Of a stretch of 64,000 bases of DNA, positions 11,791 to 25,500 are shown piece by piece; positions within the stretch are counted from its first letter, which is position 1, and each line of letters begins with the position of its first letter. The notes under the pieces were generated by a model. It searched no databases, was not told where the DNA came from, and saw only the letters and a program-made list of their open reading frames with translations. A program made the position numbers and the translations under genes. The stretch comes from Stylophora pistillata (lineage: Eukaryota): NCBI RefSeq assembly GCF_002571385.2, contig NW_019217822.1, positions 286,398 through 350,397 on the forward strand. The letters are read 5' to 3'.

Positions 11791-14700
11791 CTAGGTGTTT
11801 TCGTCCCCGTCTTTCATGTACTTCTCTTGAATTGCTGCTGTCCTATAAGATTGAACACAGCCAAAACGTTATTTCATTTGGTTAATGACGAATCTGTAAA
11901 GACAGATGGGTAACTAAGGGTTCCCACATCTGTAACCCTGGGGGTGTGCAGCTTCCCTGGGGGTGTGCAGCTTCCCTGGGGATGTGCAGCTTGCCTGGGA
12001 GTGTGCAGCTTCCCTGGGGGTGTGCAGCTTCCCTGGGGGCGTGCAGCTTCCCTGTGTGCGATGTCATAGGGTATACCCTTAGGTATACCTTGTTAAAGGG
12101 TATTAACTTTATCTTTAATTAAGATGTTCCAAATAAACGTAACTGATGTTATTGAATTTTTTTTTACAAAAAACTTTTTCAGTAAAGGAAATTGTCACAA
12201 AAGAAGCATTAAAGTTTTCAAATTGGAGAAATTCACGTGACTTAGTCAAACAAAGACAAGATTAATTGAGATATTTATAGGGCCACATGTATTTAAACAC
12301 CAAGTGTAAAAGGTCTTGACACAAACAATGACCTTGAATTTGCCCCAAAAAGGAAAGTGGAAGACCCAGCTACCAGTCTCAAACCTAATAAAACAAATGA
12401 AGTAATTTGAAGGAATAGATAAAGAAGAAACAAATAACAACTTGTACAAATTACATTTGACATTGCTCAGGTGAATTACCTAAAAAATTCAAAATCTGTT
12501 CCTACAGCAGAAGACATCAGCTGACTGAAGTTCCCTCGGTCATCCTCCAGTTCACCAAAAGCATAACCGTTAGCCTGATCAATAGATTTGGTCACCTGAT
12601 GCATACTCTCTTTTGACTATTAAAACAGAAATGAGAAATATGTTTAATCCACTGATTTCCTAACCTTCAGCATAAAAAAGTAAAAAAAGAACAAATTACG
12701 TTTGAATGTGCCTAAGATTTTGCAATTGAATGAACGATTGTCAAGAATAATCTGAGATTGCAGCGATTACACTTAGCAGTACTCAGTAATTGGTCAATAA
12801 TACACATGCCACCTTTTTGACCAATCAGATACATCAAAAAAGCAAAACAAGACTTAATTTGACACACTTTCCCCTGCCACTTAATGTGGGATTGCTTTAT
12901 GCTGCTTGTTCTACAAGATTACTTTGCACAAAGAGATCAAATGACAACAAAAACAAACCTTCAAGTATATGACTGGTTTATTTCCACAAGTATTTCAACA
13001 ATCACCTGTATATCTAGTGTTTTAAAAGACACCAGGCCATAATCCTCAACTAAACCCACTAATGCTTCATTCAGCTTTTTGTACTTTTGAGTAAATGGAT
13101 CATCCTTGATGTGATCCAGGAGAAAATTCAGATCCAAAACATCTGTGTAAAAGTCTAAATTGAATGCTAAAAAGAAATAAAAATAATTGAAGTCAACAGT
13201 AAAATTCCAGAAAAAATCTCTAGCTTATTTCATTTCCAATGGATTCTTTCTTTACTCCCTTGTTAAAGATGAAACATAATAACTAAAAGTAACAAAACCA
13301 AGGACAATTGATACATTGGTCCATTTTTCTGGTAATGACATTTTACACCTCACCCCAAATTAAAACAGAAAAATCAAAGCCAGATCAATCTGAGTGTTTA
13401 CAGCATTTAACTCCCTTTTCCTATGCCCTCACTACGTTCGTCTGCAGGAAAAATATTTTCCTTCTCCAGAACGCTGATTCATACAAATAGACACAAACTA
13501 TAAGGCAAGCAGAGTGAGAGCACTTGCCTGCCACGCTGATGTATACTGAGAGCTATACTTCTAATCATTTAAAACTTTGTCTAAAATCCCATTCAAATGT
13601 ATTTTAATCAATAACTACAGGTCTTACTGGCCAACAGTGGCCTATAACTGCCACTGCTTTACAATGGCTTTCGTATTTTGAATTCTCTTGGACTGGATAC
13701 TAATCACAGGTCTCCCCTCCTTCCCCCTGACAGGTTGGCAGTGGTACCCATCTATACTCCTGAGCAGAGAGATGCACAGAGGGAGTAAGGTGTCTTGCCC
13801 AACAAAAGACCACAGAATGACCAACATTTCATGTATCACATAAAAATTCAATCACCTAGTTTTCCATAGTGTTCTACCAGATCAATCTTGGACAGGACAT
13901 TCACATGAGGAAGCTCAACATGAATCATGGTCGACAAGGATGTAAGAAGAACAGAAATAAACTTTGTTGGATCGCTACAATGATGTGAATCAACAAGATG
14001 GACTGCAGCCAGCTGTGGAATAATAAATATGAAGTATTCAATGCAAATCACTTAAAAATGATTAGCTGTCGATTCATGTAAGTTCTGAAGATCCCCAGTT
14101 ACTCAAACAAGGAGGAACACTTACAGTGTAAGCATCAAACTGCATAATTATCTAATTTGAAAATAAAAAGAGCTCAGAAAAATGACAGAACTTGAGGAGA
14201 AGTCATGCAATGCAAAGGCAATTTCGCCCTGGGAAATATATGGTAAAAAAGGAAAAATTGCACGTGCATCTGCCATACTCTGCAGATAGGGGTGGAGTAG
14301 AGGGAGGAGAGGGGATCTTGGGACACAAGTTCTTCTTCTTAAATAAGACAAATAATTAATATGGCCCCCCTTTGCAAGACTAATAAATGTAGATGTAGAA
14401 TATGACGATAAAAGATTTCTAGCTTACGACCTAAATGTTCCTAATTTATCTAAATTGAGCGCTTCTGCCTTACTAGGCTTCTGGTTGGGCGCCTAAGTAG
14501 AACAGCATGTGGAAAAAGAAAACCCTTAAAAATCACTTACTCTGAAGTCCCACTTTTCAAGCTGCCTGACTACATTTCTCACAGATGTATGATGAGTGTA
14601 CAATTCAACTTGGCCTGGGCAGTCGAACAAGAAGTAATATCCTTTAAGATCTTTCAGCTTTCTCTCCAGCCAGTCAAGATTTTTTTCGAGATATTCGATG

Positions 14701-14933
14701 CAATAGATAAGCCCACCATTTGGACCAAGCTTAAGATTCTCCATCACGTCATCGAGAGTGATGAGAGTGGAAATGTCTATGGCACATTTATAGCCCAGCG
14801 AATCGTTCGCAGGATCGAGATTGACAACAGCCACTTTTCGACCCAAGTTTGTTAAAAATTCGCTCATCCCAGCACAAAATGTGCTTTTTCCAGAGCCCGG
14901 TGGCCCTATGATAATCTGACCAAACGATGGCAT
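11791..14933 (-). CDS. GPN2: GPN-loop GTPase 2 (299 aa, 5 exons)
   Basis: Exons 14933-14541, 14012-13856, 13166-13006, 12616-12480, 11842-11791 (900 nt, all GT-AG, phases consistent). [10 protein letters not shown]-loop, NLDPAN, LGPNGGL GPN loop, [44 protein letters not shown]-terminal IQEKY. Confidence 0.97.
11908..12089. mobile_element. MITE carrying a 19-bp G-rich minisatellite (GPN2 intron 4)
   Basis: Six copies of CCCTGGGGGTGTGCAGCTT (about 11936-12053) between imperfect inverted ends GGTAACTAAGGGTTCCCACATC / GATGTCATAGGGTATACCCTTAGGTATACC. Confidence 0.65.
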
Positions 14934-16592
14934 TTTGGAAAAAAAAAGTAAAATTAACCATGAACGCAGAAGTGTGAATCTTCACAGACGTCCGCCATGT
15001 TTAGCACCCAAAATCTCTCGGTTGTAATTTGGGTCTTAGTCTCTCTCAATCGCTGAGCTACTGTAGGTCGTCTCTTCGTACAAAAGGTACGTGTGAATCA
15101 GTAGTGAAGTAAGTCCCCTTCGAATAGTTTTTTTAAATCACTTCTTTTACCGCCAGGGTAACCAAAAGTTAATGCTGACAAAAAATGAAGTAATAGCTCG
15201 TAATGAAAAAATTTGCAATTGCCATAACCGTTTACGACGCGTTTTCAACTAGCCTGTTTGGACAAACTGAAGCACCAACGCTCCAAGCAATTATTAGCGT
15301 CGACGTCTTACGTAAAATTCCCTTATCATCGCCCGTCGAAGTCTTCGTCATACATGTTGGCCCAGCTGATGGTGGATGAAATCTCGATTTGGATTTTACT
15401 AAGTTGTTTGGGTAAGAGTTCCAGGCCTTTAAGAAGATATCAGAAGAAGCTAATTACTTATTTCACGATGGCTGGTTGCTTTCTGTTGAAATTCATTATT
15501 CAGTGTTGATAATTATGAACTGATAAAGTGATGTCAAAAACTAAAAACGAGAGCAGGGGCTTCAACAATTTCGCAAATTCTAATCTAATTTTACATGAAA
15601 TAGAAGGGATATCTCATATTCACAAAAAATGCAACTATCTTCACAGTTTTGTACATAGGGCTCTAAGGTTGCTGACGCTTGACGTTTGCTGTTCATGGAA
15701 AAAAATTGATCTAAAAAAGTTGAATGGGTCCGTGGACTACCTTTAGTTCAGTTCCAGTCCCCTTTCGGTCGAGAGTCGATCATGATTAAAGGGGGGTGGA
15801 AAAGGGGGAGGACAGACTAGAGTGGCTATTAGTTCCTTTCTATACTATCAGTAACAGAGTGGCTGCATTTCTAACAGGAGGGAAATAGTATTCAACTGAC
15901 ACAAAAGCATTCTTATTCAAGCCAGAATCAAACTGTGACATTTATTATGTTTTTGTAAATATATTAAGTATTCCACATTTGTCTACACAAAAATAAAAAC
16001 GTGGCTATTTCTCCTGTTTGATAAAATAGTTTATCGGTGAAATGATCTGCTTTCTTCAACAAAATTTAAATACTTCTGTCTATAAACTACATCTGAGCGA
16101 AATGTTTGGGATAAGTGTCTGGATTTCTACATGATTATTCACGAAAAGCTTCAAAGACCCAGTGTAATTCATTTTAAAGAAGAGAGAGTAATAAATGAAA
16201 AGCAGTTTTCAAGAAAAGTCAAAAGAGGAACCCACAAAACCGTGTAGATAGCGTTATTTCCATAATCAAACACATTGCGAAGGTCAAGTAACACCTCAAG
16301 ACTAGAGAATATTTTTCAGAGCAAACAAATACTTGATTTCTCATGTCTTTGAAAACCGCTTCAACCGATAAATAAATAAATAGTAGGAAACGAGGAAAAG
16401 TGCACAAACGTAAATGCATTAAGAAAAACTACATAGGTGAAACGTTTTCGTAAATGGCTTGAAATTAGGTACTAAAGGAAGTTTGGAATTAGTTGGGTGT
16501 CCAAGGTGTCGAAAACGTAAAAAGGAAAGGAAAAACAGAATTTATCATAAACACTGTTTGGATGATCATCGAGCATCGTAGGAGGCGGCGTA

Positions 16593-19500
16593 TTACTCAA
16601 AATTAAAGTTCGATTTGCGTCGTCCACCACCATTACGAAGATCCCAGATCCTGGGAGAGAGATTTCCGTTCCCTCTCAAAGATGATGATCCAACATTACC
16701 GAGATCTAAAAAAAAACAAACAAATGTAATTCTATTACACCGACTTCTCCTATTCCCACTTCACGTGGTGCATTCTATGCGGGTGTTGTACTCGGATGGG
16801 AGGTGTAGCCGTAAGGGGAGAAGCACCCCCCTAACCACAAAATGTAATACGGAAACTTACGATGAAAAATTAAGTTAGGTGTGCCCCACCCCCACCAGAA
16901 ACCAGTAAGACTTTAGAGCAGGACCTCTTACCTAACCCCCCAACTAATCCCTTCCCTACCCCCTGCCCGTTCCTTCTTCCTCCTCCCCGTTCGCTGCCTC
17001 TTGCACATCATTACAGTTCACAAACCTATTGACAGGGTGTTGGGAACGAACGACGTGGGTCGTCGTTTCTTAGCTTGCCCACGAGCCACTTGCCGAGCAC
17101 GTGACCCAAATCCAAGACACTGTAGAGTTTCTGTGATAAAACGCTGGGCAGGAGAACAGCAGAGCATGACAAGAAGCTTAGCGTCACCACCTGACAAGAG
17201 CAAATGAGCATGCGTTAGTGAATGTACGTTAGAGAATGAGTCTTCGAGGGACTGGACCGGACAAATTGCGAAATCCCACCCCAGGTGGCTGTAGAACTAC
17301 TGAAGCAGTTACAAAATTGTATCAAACATTGCATTCATATTGGGCTCAGGTTCCTTGAGCAAGAAATTCAGGTGAGGGGCCAATGCCCAACGAAAGGAAA
17401 AAAAGAGTGCACTGACAAAAAAGGAGTGAGCAATATTCATCACCATAAGCCATGCAATCATCTATTAGAGAAGAAAAAATAAAGTTGTCAAACTGGGCCT
17501 CTGAAGGAGAGTAGAAGCTCTCAATCAATCAATCAATCAATCAATCAATACTTTGTTTACCCACGTAGCGTCAAGGAGCTCAGTAAAGTTCTTTACGGGA
17601 ATTTCGAAAGTATTTAAATTGAATGCTCTACCTTGGACTGCCTGTACAAGTGAAGAGTGGACGTTTCAGTGAGTCACAGATTAGGATTAACAGCGTCAGG
17701 TGAATAACTATTGCTGATTACAACATAAAACAAGCCTACTCACCTATAGTATCCTGTAACATGTGAGTGAGTCTGGTGTTACGGTAGGGTATGTGAGAAC
17801 GATGCTCTGACAGCGCCCCTAACACATCGGCCAAGGCACTCAAACTGTTATAACAAACATCAAATATTTCAACGCGAGTTAACTTTGACATTAACTTTGA
17901 TCGAGATCATGTAGGCATGGGTTGTACATTAATTTATTCTCAGTGTTCTTCCTGAAATGCTTTCCTCAGACTGGGTAGAGACAGTCCCGTCCTTTTGATT
18001 AAATTGTGGGAGAGGAAAAGGGTTTGGCTTCAGGATTTTGGAGGGAATCATACAATGCACAGAACTACGCAAATGGCGAAGGAAAAAACTCGAAGGTAAG
18101 GGAAACCGCGAGCTTGTATTTCAAATCATACCACTTTGCTACTTCAACAGATAATATTGTTTAAATAATCTCACCAATTTTCATACCCTTGAGGCGGGTA
18201 AGCTGAAAAATTGCAAGCAATAAATTTCGGGTTATGGTTTTCAGACCAAGAACAAGTAACTTGCAAAACAACACTTCAATTTATTGTATAAACAACGTAG
18301 AGTTAAGAACGCAGCGTTTTGATTGGCAACTGATGAATGAGCGATCTGGGTCAAAAAAGCATAAAATGCAGGTGTCTATGGGACTTAAAGTCAGCACTAT
18401 CGAGCGATAATTGTCAGTGCAAACTGACAAGGACTTGATGCCCCAGTTACCTTTTGTTGATGTGCGAAGTTTCTCGTAAGGCTACACCGGTTACCCCAGA
18501 CATTCCTGAAAGCAAATTTAAAAATTGAAAAAAAAAAAAAGTCATAAGGGATAAGAACACAATAACGACTGTTGATGTTTTTGTCTTCCTATGATTGAGA
18601 AAAATACCATGAAAATAATTTCAACCCTGATTCTTCCCTCCTCTTACCGACACATTCACTTCCGGCCAAGTCGACGAGCTGAAGCTTGGTTTTCACACTC
18701 TGGCTTCCGTTAGTTGAGGAATTAGTGTTCCGGGTTGGAGAAGGAGATCTGGAACGAGCAGCGGCAGCGGTGCCAGGTGCTGGAGACCTGGAGAGAAAAA
18801 TTTAATCTAGCCGTGAGCTACGCATTACAGAAAGAAAGTCTCTAATGGCAAACGTAAGTTATTTTTGCTTTTTTTTTCTGTTGCGGAAAAAAATTGTTGT
18901 GTTAAGTTAAGCATTTTGAGTTAAAATATAAGCATTTGATACAGTTTATTTACAAGATCCACTCAGAGATGCTTTTATTCTTTCAAAAAGTTTTTGCAAT
19001 TAAGTGTAACATTTGTATACGCATGTAACTACCTCGAACGCCTTGCAGAAGCAGCTTTACTTTTCGGCGCAGGAGACTGGGACCTATTGCTGTTCCCAGC
19101 TGATGGCTGGGGCAGAGTTCGTCGTGATCTTGTAGGAGTGCCTGGGGGCGAAGGCGCCGCATCACTCGACGAGGAGGACGTACTTGGTTTTGTCTGAGTG
19201 ACTGTGTAAATAGTCAACTGTACTATTAAATGGGAACGGCTGGAATGAGCATGAACCATTGTGGCGTCCTCGTGTCTCCGTTGCATACCGTAGTAGACAA
19301 CCGCCATTACCTCCTGTACAGTCCTCACGGGTCTGAAGGAAGAAATTCGGACGTTGGTATCAAGACTAAAAAACCCATTCGTAATGAGTTCGAATCTTAA
19401 GGATGTTAACCTATTCTAAATGGCAAACGCTCGAAACGTCAGCTTTTGTAATCGTTACGGTGGCCAATTTACCATTTCAACTTTGTTGTTATATCCAAAT

Positions 19501-22500
19501 TATTTAGAGAAAGAAAAATCAGTTAGCAGGGGCTCCAAAAAACTTAGTCTGCTCTTCGAAATTTCGCTTCTAGAATATTTTCGCGAAAGGGGGTAGCCAC
19601 AAATCTTCACTACTATGAAGTTTCGTTTCTTCAGCTGAGTTTTTATGAACCCAGTACTTTCGCAAGTCCACACCATTCTGTTGAATTTCGAGGAAACCAG
19701 GCACAAGATTCGTCAGCATTAGTACAGTGTTTCGTACGTTAGTGAGTAAAAAGCACTGTAGTTAAATGTAAACGTAAGAATACTAAGCCTCTTTTACCTG
19801 GTTACAAGAGATGGAATCTCGGTTGCTCCTTCACTACTCGTGACAATATCAAGCTGTTAAAAAGAATACGAAAAGATTATCGTTTGGAAGACATGAATCT
19901 TCAGTGAGGTCATGCTACTTTGAGCTATTTTTCGCCACCGGCAAAACCATTTCCACCATCAAGAGGCAACATATTATCAGTTCTTCAAGAGAGGAACACA
20001 AAAGAGGAGCAATAATGAACAGTAAGGAACAAGGATGGCGAAGGATGGAGAAGATTGAAACGGATCGCTAATAGAGAGATTTAGCAACGCGTTTACGTGC
20101 CCTTTCACGTGTCACGTAAACTGAAATAGCGTGAACCTTGCTGCTTTGGCTTCGCGTGAGCTCACGTCATGGTGTATTTGAAGGCGCCCTTGTACGACTG
20201 ACAAGGAATAGTTTTGGCGCCCTTTTTCCGGCAACTAACTTCTTCTAGGTGAGAGAAAAAGTGAAGAAAATCTTACGTACACGGAAAACGCTGGGTAAGG
20301 TAGAAAAACACGAGAGAGGCAGTAACTAAACAGAACTGAAGGAACAGCAAAATAATGACGATCTTGAAAAATACGGGCTTCAAAATTTCTCAAAGACGCC
20401 GCGACGCACCGTGACATTCTGTCCAGTTAATGGGAATTATGGAAAGGGTGAAAAGAAACTCATGAAAATAGACACCAAACTTAACGGAATTACTCAACGA
20501 TAAAACATCTTCAGAAATACATTAATAAAGTTTATGATCACGTTGGAACTTACCCTGGAAGCATTTTTTCCCGCCAGAAGATCGCGAACTTCATTATTGT
20601 AAATCTCGCATACAGACATTTCCAACGAGAAGCTCTCTTCAGGATTTTCTCGTTCAGAGATGAGTCTAAAAATTCCACAAAGAGAAATGTTTGTAAATTT
20701 GGGAACAGTTTCTTCCTATTGAGGGATACAGCCTGTACAAATTGAAGAGTCTGCCAATGAACATATGTCAGATTCTAAAGATTCCTTTTGTTCGCCATTT
20801 GGAACTCTACTACTTACTTGAACATTTCCTTTGCTGATCGTGGAATAATCCCTTCGTCCTTATTCAGGGACTCTGAATCAATCTCCATGTCCAAGTCGTG
20901 ACTTCCCATCATGGTGTGAGTTTTACCAGAACCTGTTTGACCATATGCCATGATACACACATTGTACCTATCAAACAGACATTTCATTTGTTTTGTTTAT
21001 AACAGGTGTTACTATTTTAAAATACCTAAAATATATATTCACTGTTCTGCAACAGGCAGAGACAATTCAGAAAATGCCAGAGCATTTAAAAAGGAATTAG
21101 GACAAACTGTCAATGGTCACGCAAGGTAATAAACTTGCCCGTCTAACAGAGACGTCAAGCAAAGTAATAAACTTACCCGTCTAACAGAGACGTCACGCAA
21201 GGTAATAAACTCACCCGTCTAACAGAGATGTCACGCAAGGTAATAAACTTGCCCGTCTAACAGAGACGTCACGCAAGGTAATAAACTTACCCGTCTAACA
21301 GAGACGTCACACAAGGTAATAAACTTACCCGTCTAACAGAGACGTCACGCAAGGTAATAAACTTACCCGTCTAACAAAGACGTCACGCAAGTTAATAAAC
21401 TTACCCGTCTAACAGAGACGTCACGCAAGGTAATAAACTTACCCGTCTAACAGAGACGTCACGCAAGGTAATAAACTTACCCGTCTAACAGAGACGTCAG
21501 CAGAGGTTTCACGTCATCAAATAGCGACTTCTGGTCAGTGTCAGGTCCATAAACTCTTTCAAACTCAAACTCTTTCTTCTGCATCTGGCCACCAACAGGC
21601 TTAGCGGGGCGCACAATAAGTTTGTCCTCATCTTGAAGTTCTACAACTCTTTCAGAAGGAGTTCCTGCCACACCGAGCGACTCTTCATCACCAGGGGAGT
21701 CCAGGCGACTGATTAAGGGACGCAGTCGGCAGTGCACCCTAATATTGCCTCGCATTTCCTGCAAAGGAAATTTAAACAAAAAAAAACAAAACAGTTGACA
21801 CCAGCATAAAAAGAATAAAGAGCTGAGTAACCCACAAGGATTTGAACCCCACTCAGCTCCGGTTTTGCAGTCTGATGCCACTGAGTACCAACGAAACTAA
21901 CGAGAACTCTGGTGAGCCAAGCCATATACTTGGATCATGTATGACAATCAAGGTTCTTTGCATGCTGCTAGGGTCGGTGATTTTGACTGGAAGCATCCTG
22001 TACAGACACAGAGCAAGGAAGATGGCGTAATTTGAAAAGAATGCACCAGGACAGTCTATAGCATCTTGAGCTCTATCTCATCCCCTTATCACAAGTCATG
22101 TCATTGTGCATATCAATTAAATCTATCTATTGATAAGGAACCCCCCCCCCCAAAAAAAAAAGGGGAAAAAAGGTTCAGGAAGCATAGGAAGAAATTGGAA
22201 TGGCAAGCCAAAATTTCAAGGAAAAAGGCATTTCTTGGTGCAAAACTTAAACCACTGAGAAACTCAGCTGGTTGTGAAAAGTGCTGATAGTTTCAAAAGA
22301 AACTGTTTGGGGCTGCGTCGGTGGGAGTAACAAAATAATTTGGATATATTAACAAAGTTGAAGTGGTAATTTGGCCACCGTAACGATTACAAAAGCTGAC
22401 GTTTCGAGCATTAGCCCTTCGTCGGAGCGAATAGAGGAATTGCGGGTTGTGTGTGCTTTTAAAGGCAGAAAATGGAGCTACGTTATTGGTGGGAACATGG

Positions 22501-25500
22501 CAACGAGAAAAACAAGAATAAATTAGTGGAATGAAAAGCGTTTGTTGATCCCTGTGGGATTTAGACTGCTGGTTTGAAAGATTCATCTTTTGTAATCGTT
22601 ACGGTGGCCAATTTACCACTTCAACTTTGTTGATATATCCAAATTATTTGGTTGTGAAAAGTGTTTGAGAAGACCTTTCCACATGTAATATGTCCTGTTC
22701 ACAGTAGTTGCACAACATTTACTACTAACCACAAGAGTGTTGTGTAATGTCATTCTCCGAGACTTTTCTTGGATGTATCTTTGTCTGAACTCAACCATCT
22801 CCATTTCTGTCTTGAGAAGCTTATGTTGGAGGCCTGAATATGAAAGTTCAAACAAGGTCAATTTTTCACACACACAATAAAAATCAAGCAAAGGACATGT
22901 AAAGACAGGGCTATGTCAAGAAAATTGAGCACTCTACACTGACCTGCTGGGCATGTAATTATACTTGAAAAAAAATCCTTGAAATTTTTAGAGTCTAGGA
23001 TAACAATTAAGCTGCAAATAGTAATTAAATGTACACGGTACCTTCCATATTGGACATTTTCATTGAGCCAAACTGATCAGTTAGTTTTGCAGTCTTGTCC
23101 ATTTCTTGTGAAAGTAATTCTGGAAGACTCTTCACTTTCCTTTTCAGATCATGAAGCTCCAACTTCACTTCCTAAAAAAGAATGCCAATAGATATAAAAA
23201 TTTTCTTTGAAAAGTCATGTTGGAAAGACGATCAATTTGATTGTGACATTTCTTAACTGAATTGCCTTCTTTGCTGGAGTGTAAATTGGTACCAGCCAGC
23301 TATTAGGGAGACCTGACAAAAGGCTGAAATGAGGGCTTAGGGGCAGGACTCTGGGGAAGGGGGGGTGGGGTTACTTGCCCACATTGGACTAAAATCCAAA
23401 CACACAGGAAGAACAATTTTAGGAAATCTCTTTACTGCCCACCATCTGACAATTCTTGATGTTGGCCATAATCCCTTCATAGATTTTTTTTAAAATTCTC
23501 ATCAACTTATTGCTTGATATGAGGGTCTACATAGGGTTAACCAATAGCTGTAAAATAGTAAATAAAAATTACTGTTAGCCATAAAAATTGAACAATTTTA
23601 ACCATTGGGCTTAAATTTTGACAAATTTTTAACTGTTAGGCATAAAATATAATCAACGGTACCATAATTTTTTTCAGTCTAAGTCAGTCATTTTGAAAGT
23701 GTCAACAAAATAGACTGTTATGTCTTGTCTTGTCTCACGCTAATGGCTTATGTGTTTATGACTGTTACACTTTTTATTCTGACTGGTACCCAAAGGAAAG
23801 AAACTTTGCTCAGGCTCCACAGTCATATTCTGCAAACCAGAAGTGTTGCAAGAGATGCATTGACAGACAGCTGTCTATTTTTAGGATAGTTGCTTTCTTC
23901 TTTCAGTGTGCTCATGATAATGGTTTGAAAGGAATAGAAGTTAGTTCGTATCAAGCTGCAGGAAAGAGGCCAATCCAAAGTAAGATGTGAGGACATAAAT
24001 TGGAAAGGATCAAGCACTGCTGCATGTCATCATTTAAAAAAATGTTTTATAAATTTTCTCAGTCTGAACTACCAAACCAAGAAGTTGGGTATGGGGTCAT
24101 TTGATGTGAAACCATACTACCTTGCAAAAGTCAGTGGGAAAACAGAAAACAATGCAATTTCAGCACAACAGCAACTCGATTTAGAATTACCCTTCTTGCT
24201 TCACTCTGATGGTGAAAGTGAGCTGAAGGATAAGTGGTCTAAGTAGTGACTTCAATGCTAAAATAGCCTAGATGTAGTTATTTTATATTTCTTATTTCAA
24301 CTCAACTGCGCGTGCATGCTACCAGGCAGTACACTAAGCCTACCAGTGTTCCCACTCCAGTGGAGGTCTTGGTTACTCGAAGAGTCATTAAATTCTCTTT
24401 GGTGGTTAAGCACATCCAGTGGGTAATGTATAGTTATTTCAAGAATATATTTGATTTCTTAAAGCTAGATGGATACTCTTCAACACTGATATGTCCAATT
24501 GGCTTAGCATTTTAATATGGTACAAAGTTCAAATTAAACAGAGAAACAGTAAGGTTTACTTCCTCTGATGCAAATTAATGTAGTGATGTGGCTGCTTTTT
24601 TGTTATTCACAATTCAAACATATACATCTATACATATATAATGATACTGTTCCTGAAGTAGTAAGTTATTGCACTTTGTATAGTTATGTATTGTTACTAC
24701 AGTGACTTTCTTTTTTTTTTTCTTCCTGGAATTGACCCAAGATGTAAAGAAACAGTCATAAATGTGTTTTAGATCAATGAAAATTAATCATTAACTTTTG
24801 AAAATCATCAAAATTAATTATTAAAATATTACTGTTCACAGTACCAAACAGAAATTAACCGATAGCTGTAAAATGACCTAAATGTTTTACCCTTAGCTGT
24901 AAAAGCCATCACCCATTGAGACCCTCTGATATTGTGTTGATATTGTAAGGAAAATGGGAGTTAATGGGAGTTTTGGGGTTAAATTGTTGCTTGACATGTG
25001 ACAGAAGGTGGGCTGACTTCTGGCAGGATGAACCAAGACTAATAAGCTGTCTTAAAGCTGCAATTATGTATTATTGATTTTGTAATTGTAATTTGTTAGT
25101 TTCAATACACAAGTGTGTGCTTACTATTTATCCACCACACGGTGGATAAATAGTAAGACAAATCATTCTGTAATACCTGTAGTTTATCATTGGAGATTCT
25201 GAGCGTTTGCAAAGAATTCTTCCTTAAGCTTTTCTCCTCATCAAACAAGCGCCTAAAATGAGTGGACTCATGTCGGCAAGAGCGCACTGACCCTTGACAC
25301 TGAAGAAAAACAAACGATTACATACAAAATACACATAAGGATGGCTACTAAGGTATAATAAAATTAAGACAGGTAATTTTTGCATAAAGTACAAAATATG
25401 AAAAGTAACAGAAGAACAAATGTCTCCTTGACTTGACTAGTAACTGAGTACACAACAGTAGGTCAGCTGGGGCTCAATTACATCAGACGAAGGCAACATA

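Noticed and set aside
21117-21499. CRISPR-like array
   Set aside because: Head-to-tail repeats without unique spacers, no cas genes, eukaryotic intron context; the same holds for the 60-bp arrays at 57-58 kb.
23830-24270. Additional KIF25 coding exons
   Set aside because: They lie inside an inserted element, and exon 3 joins exon 4 directly in phase with a continuous coiled coil (NDKLQ|EVKLELHDL).
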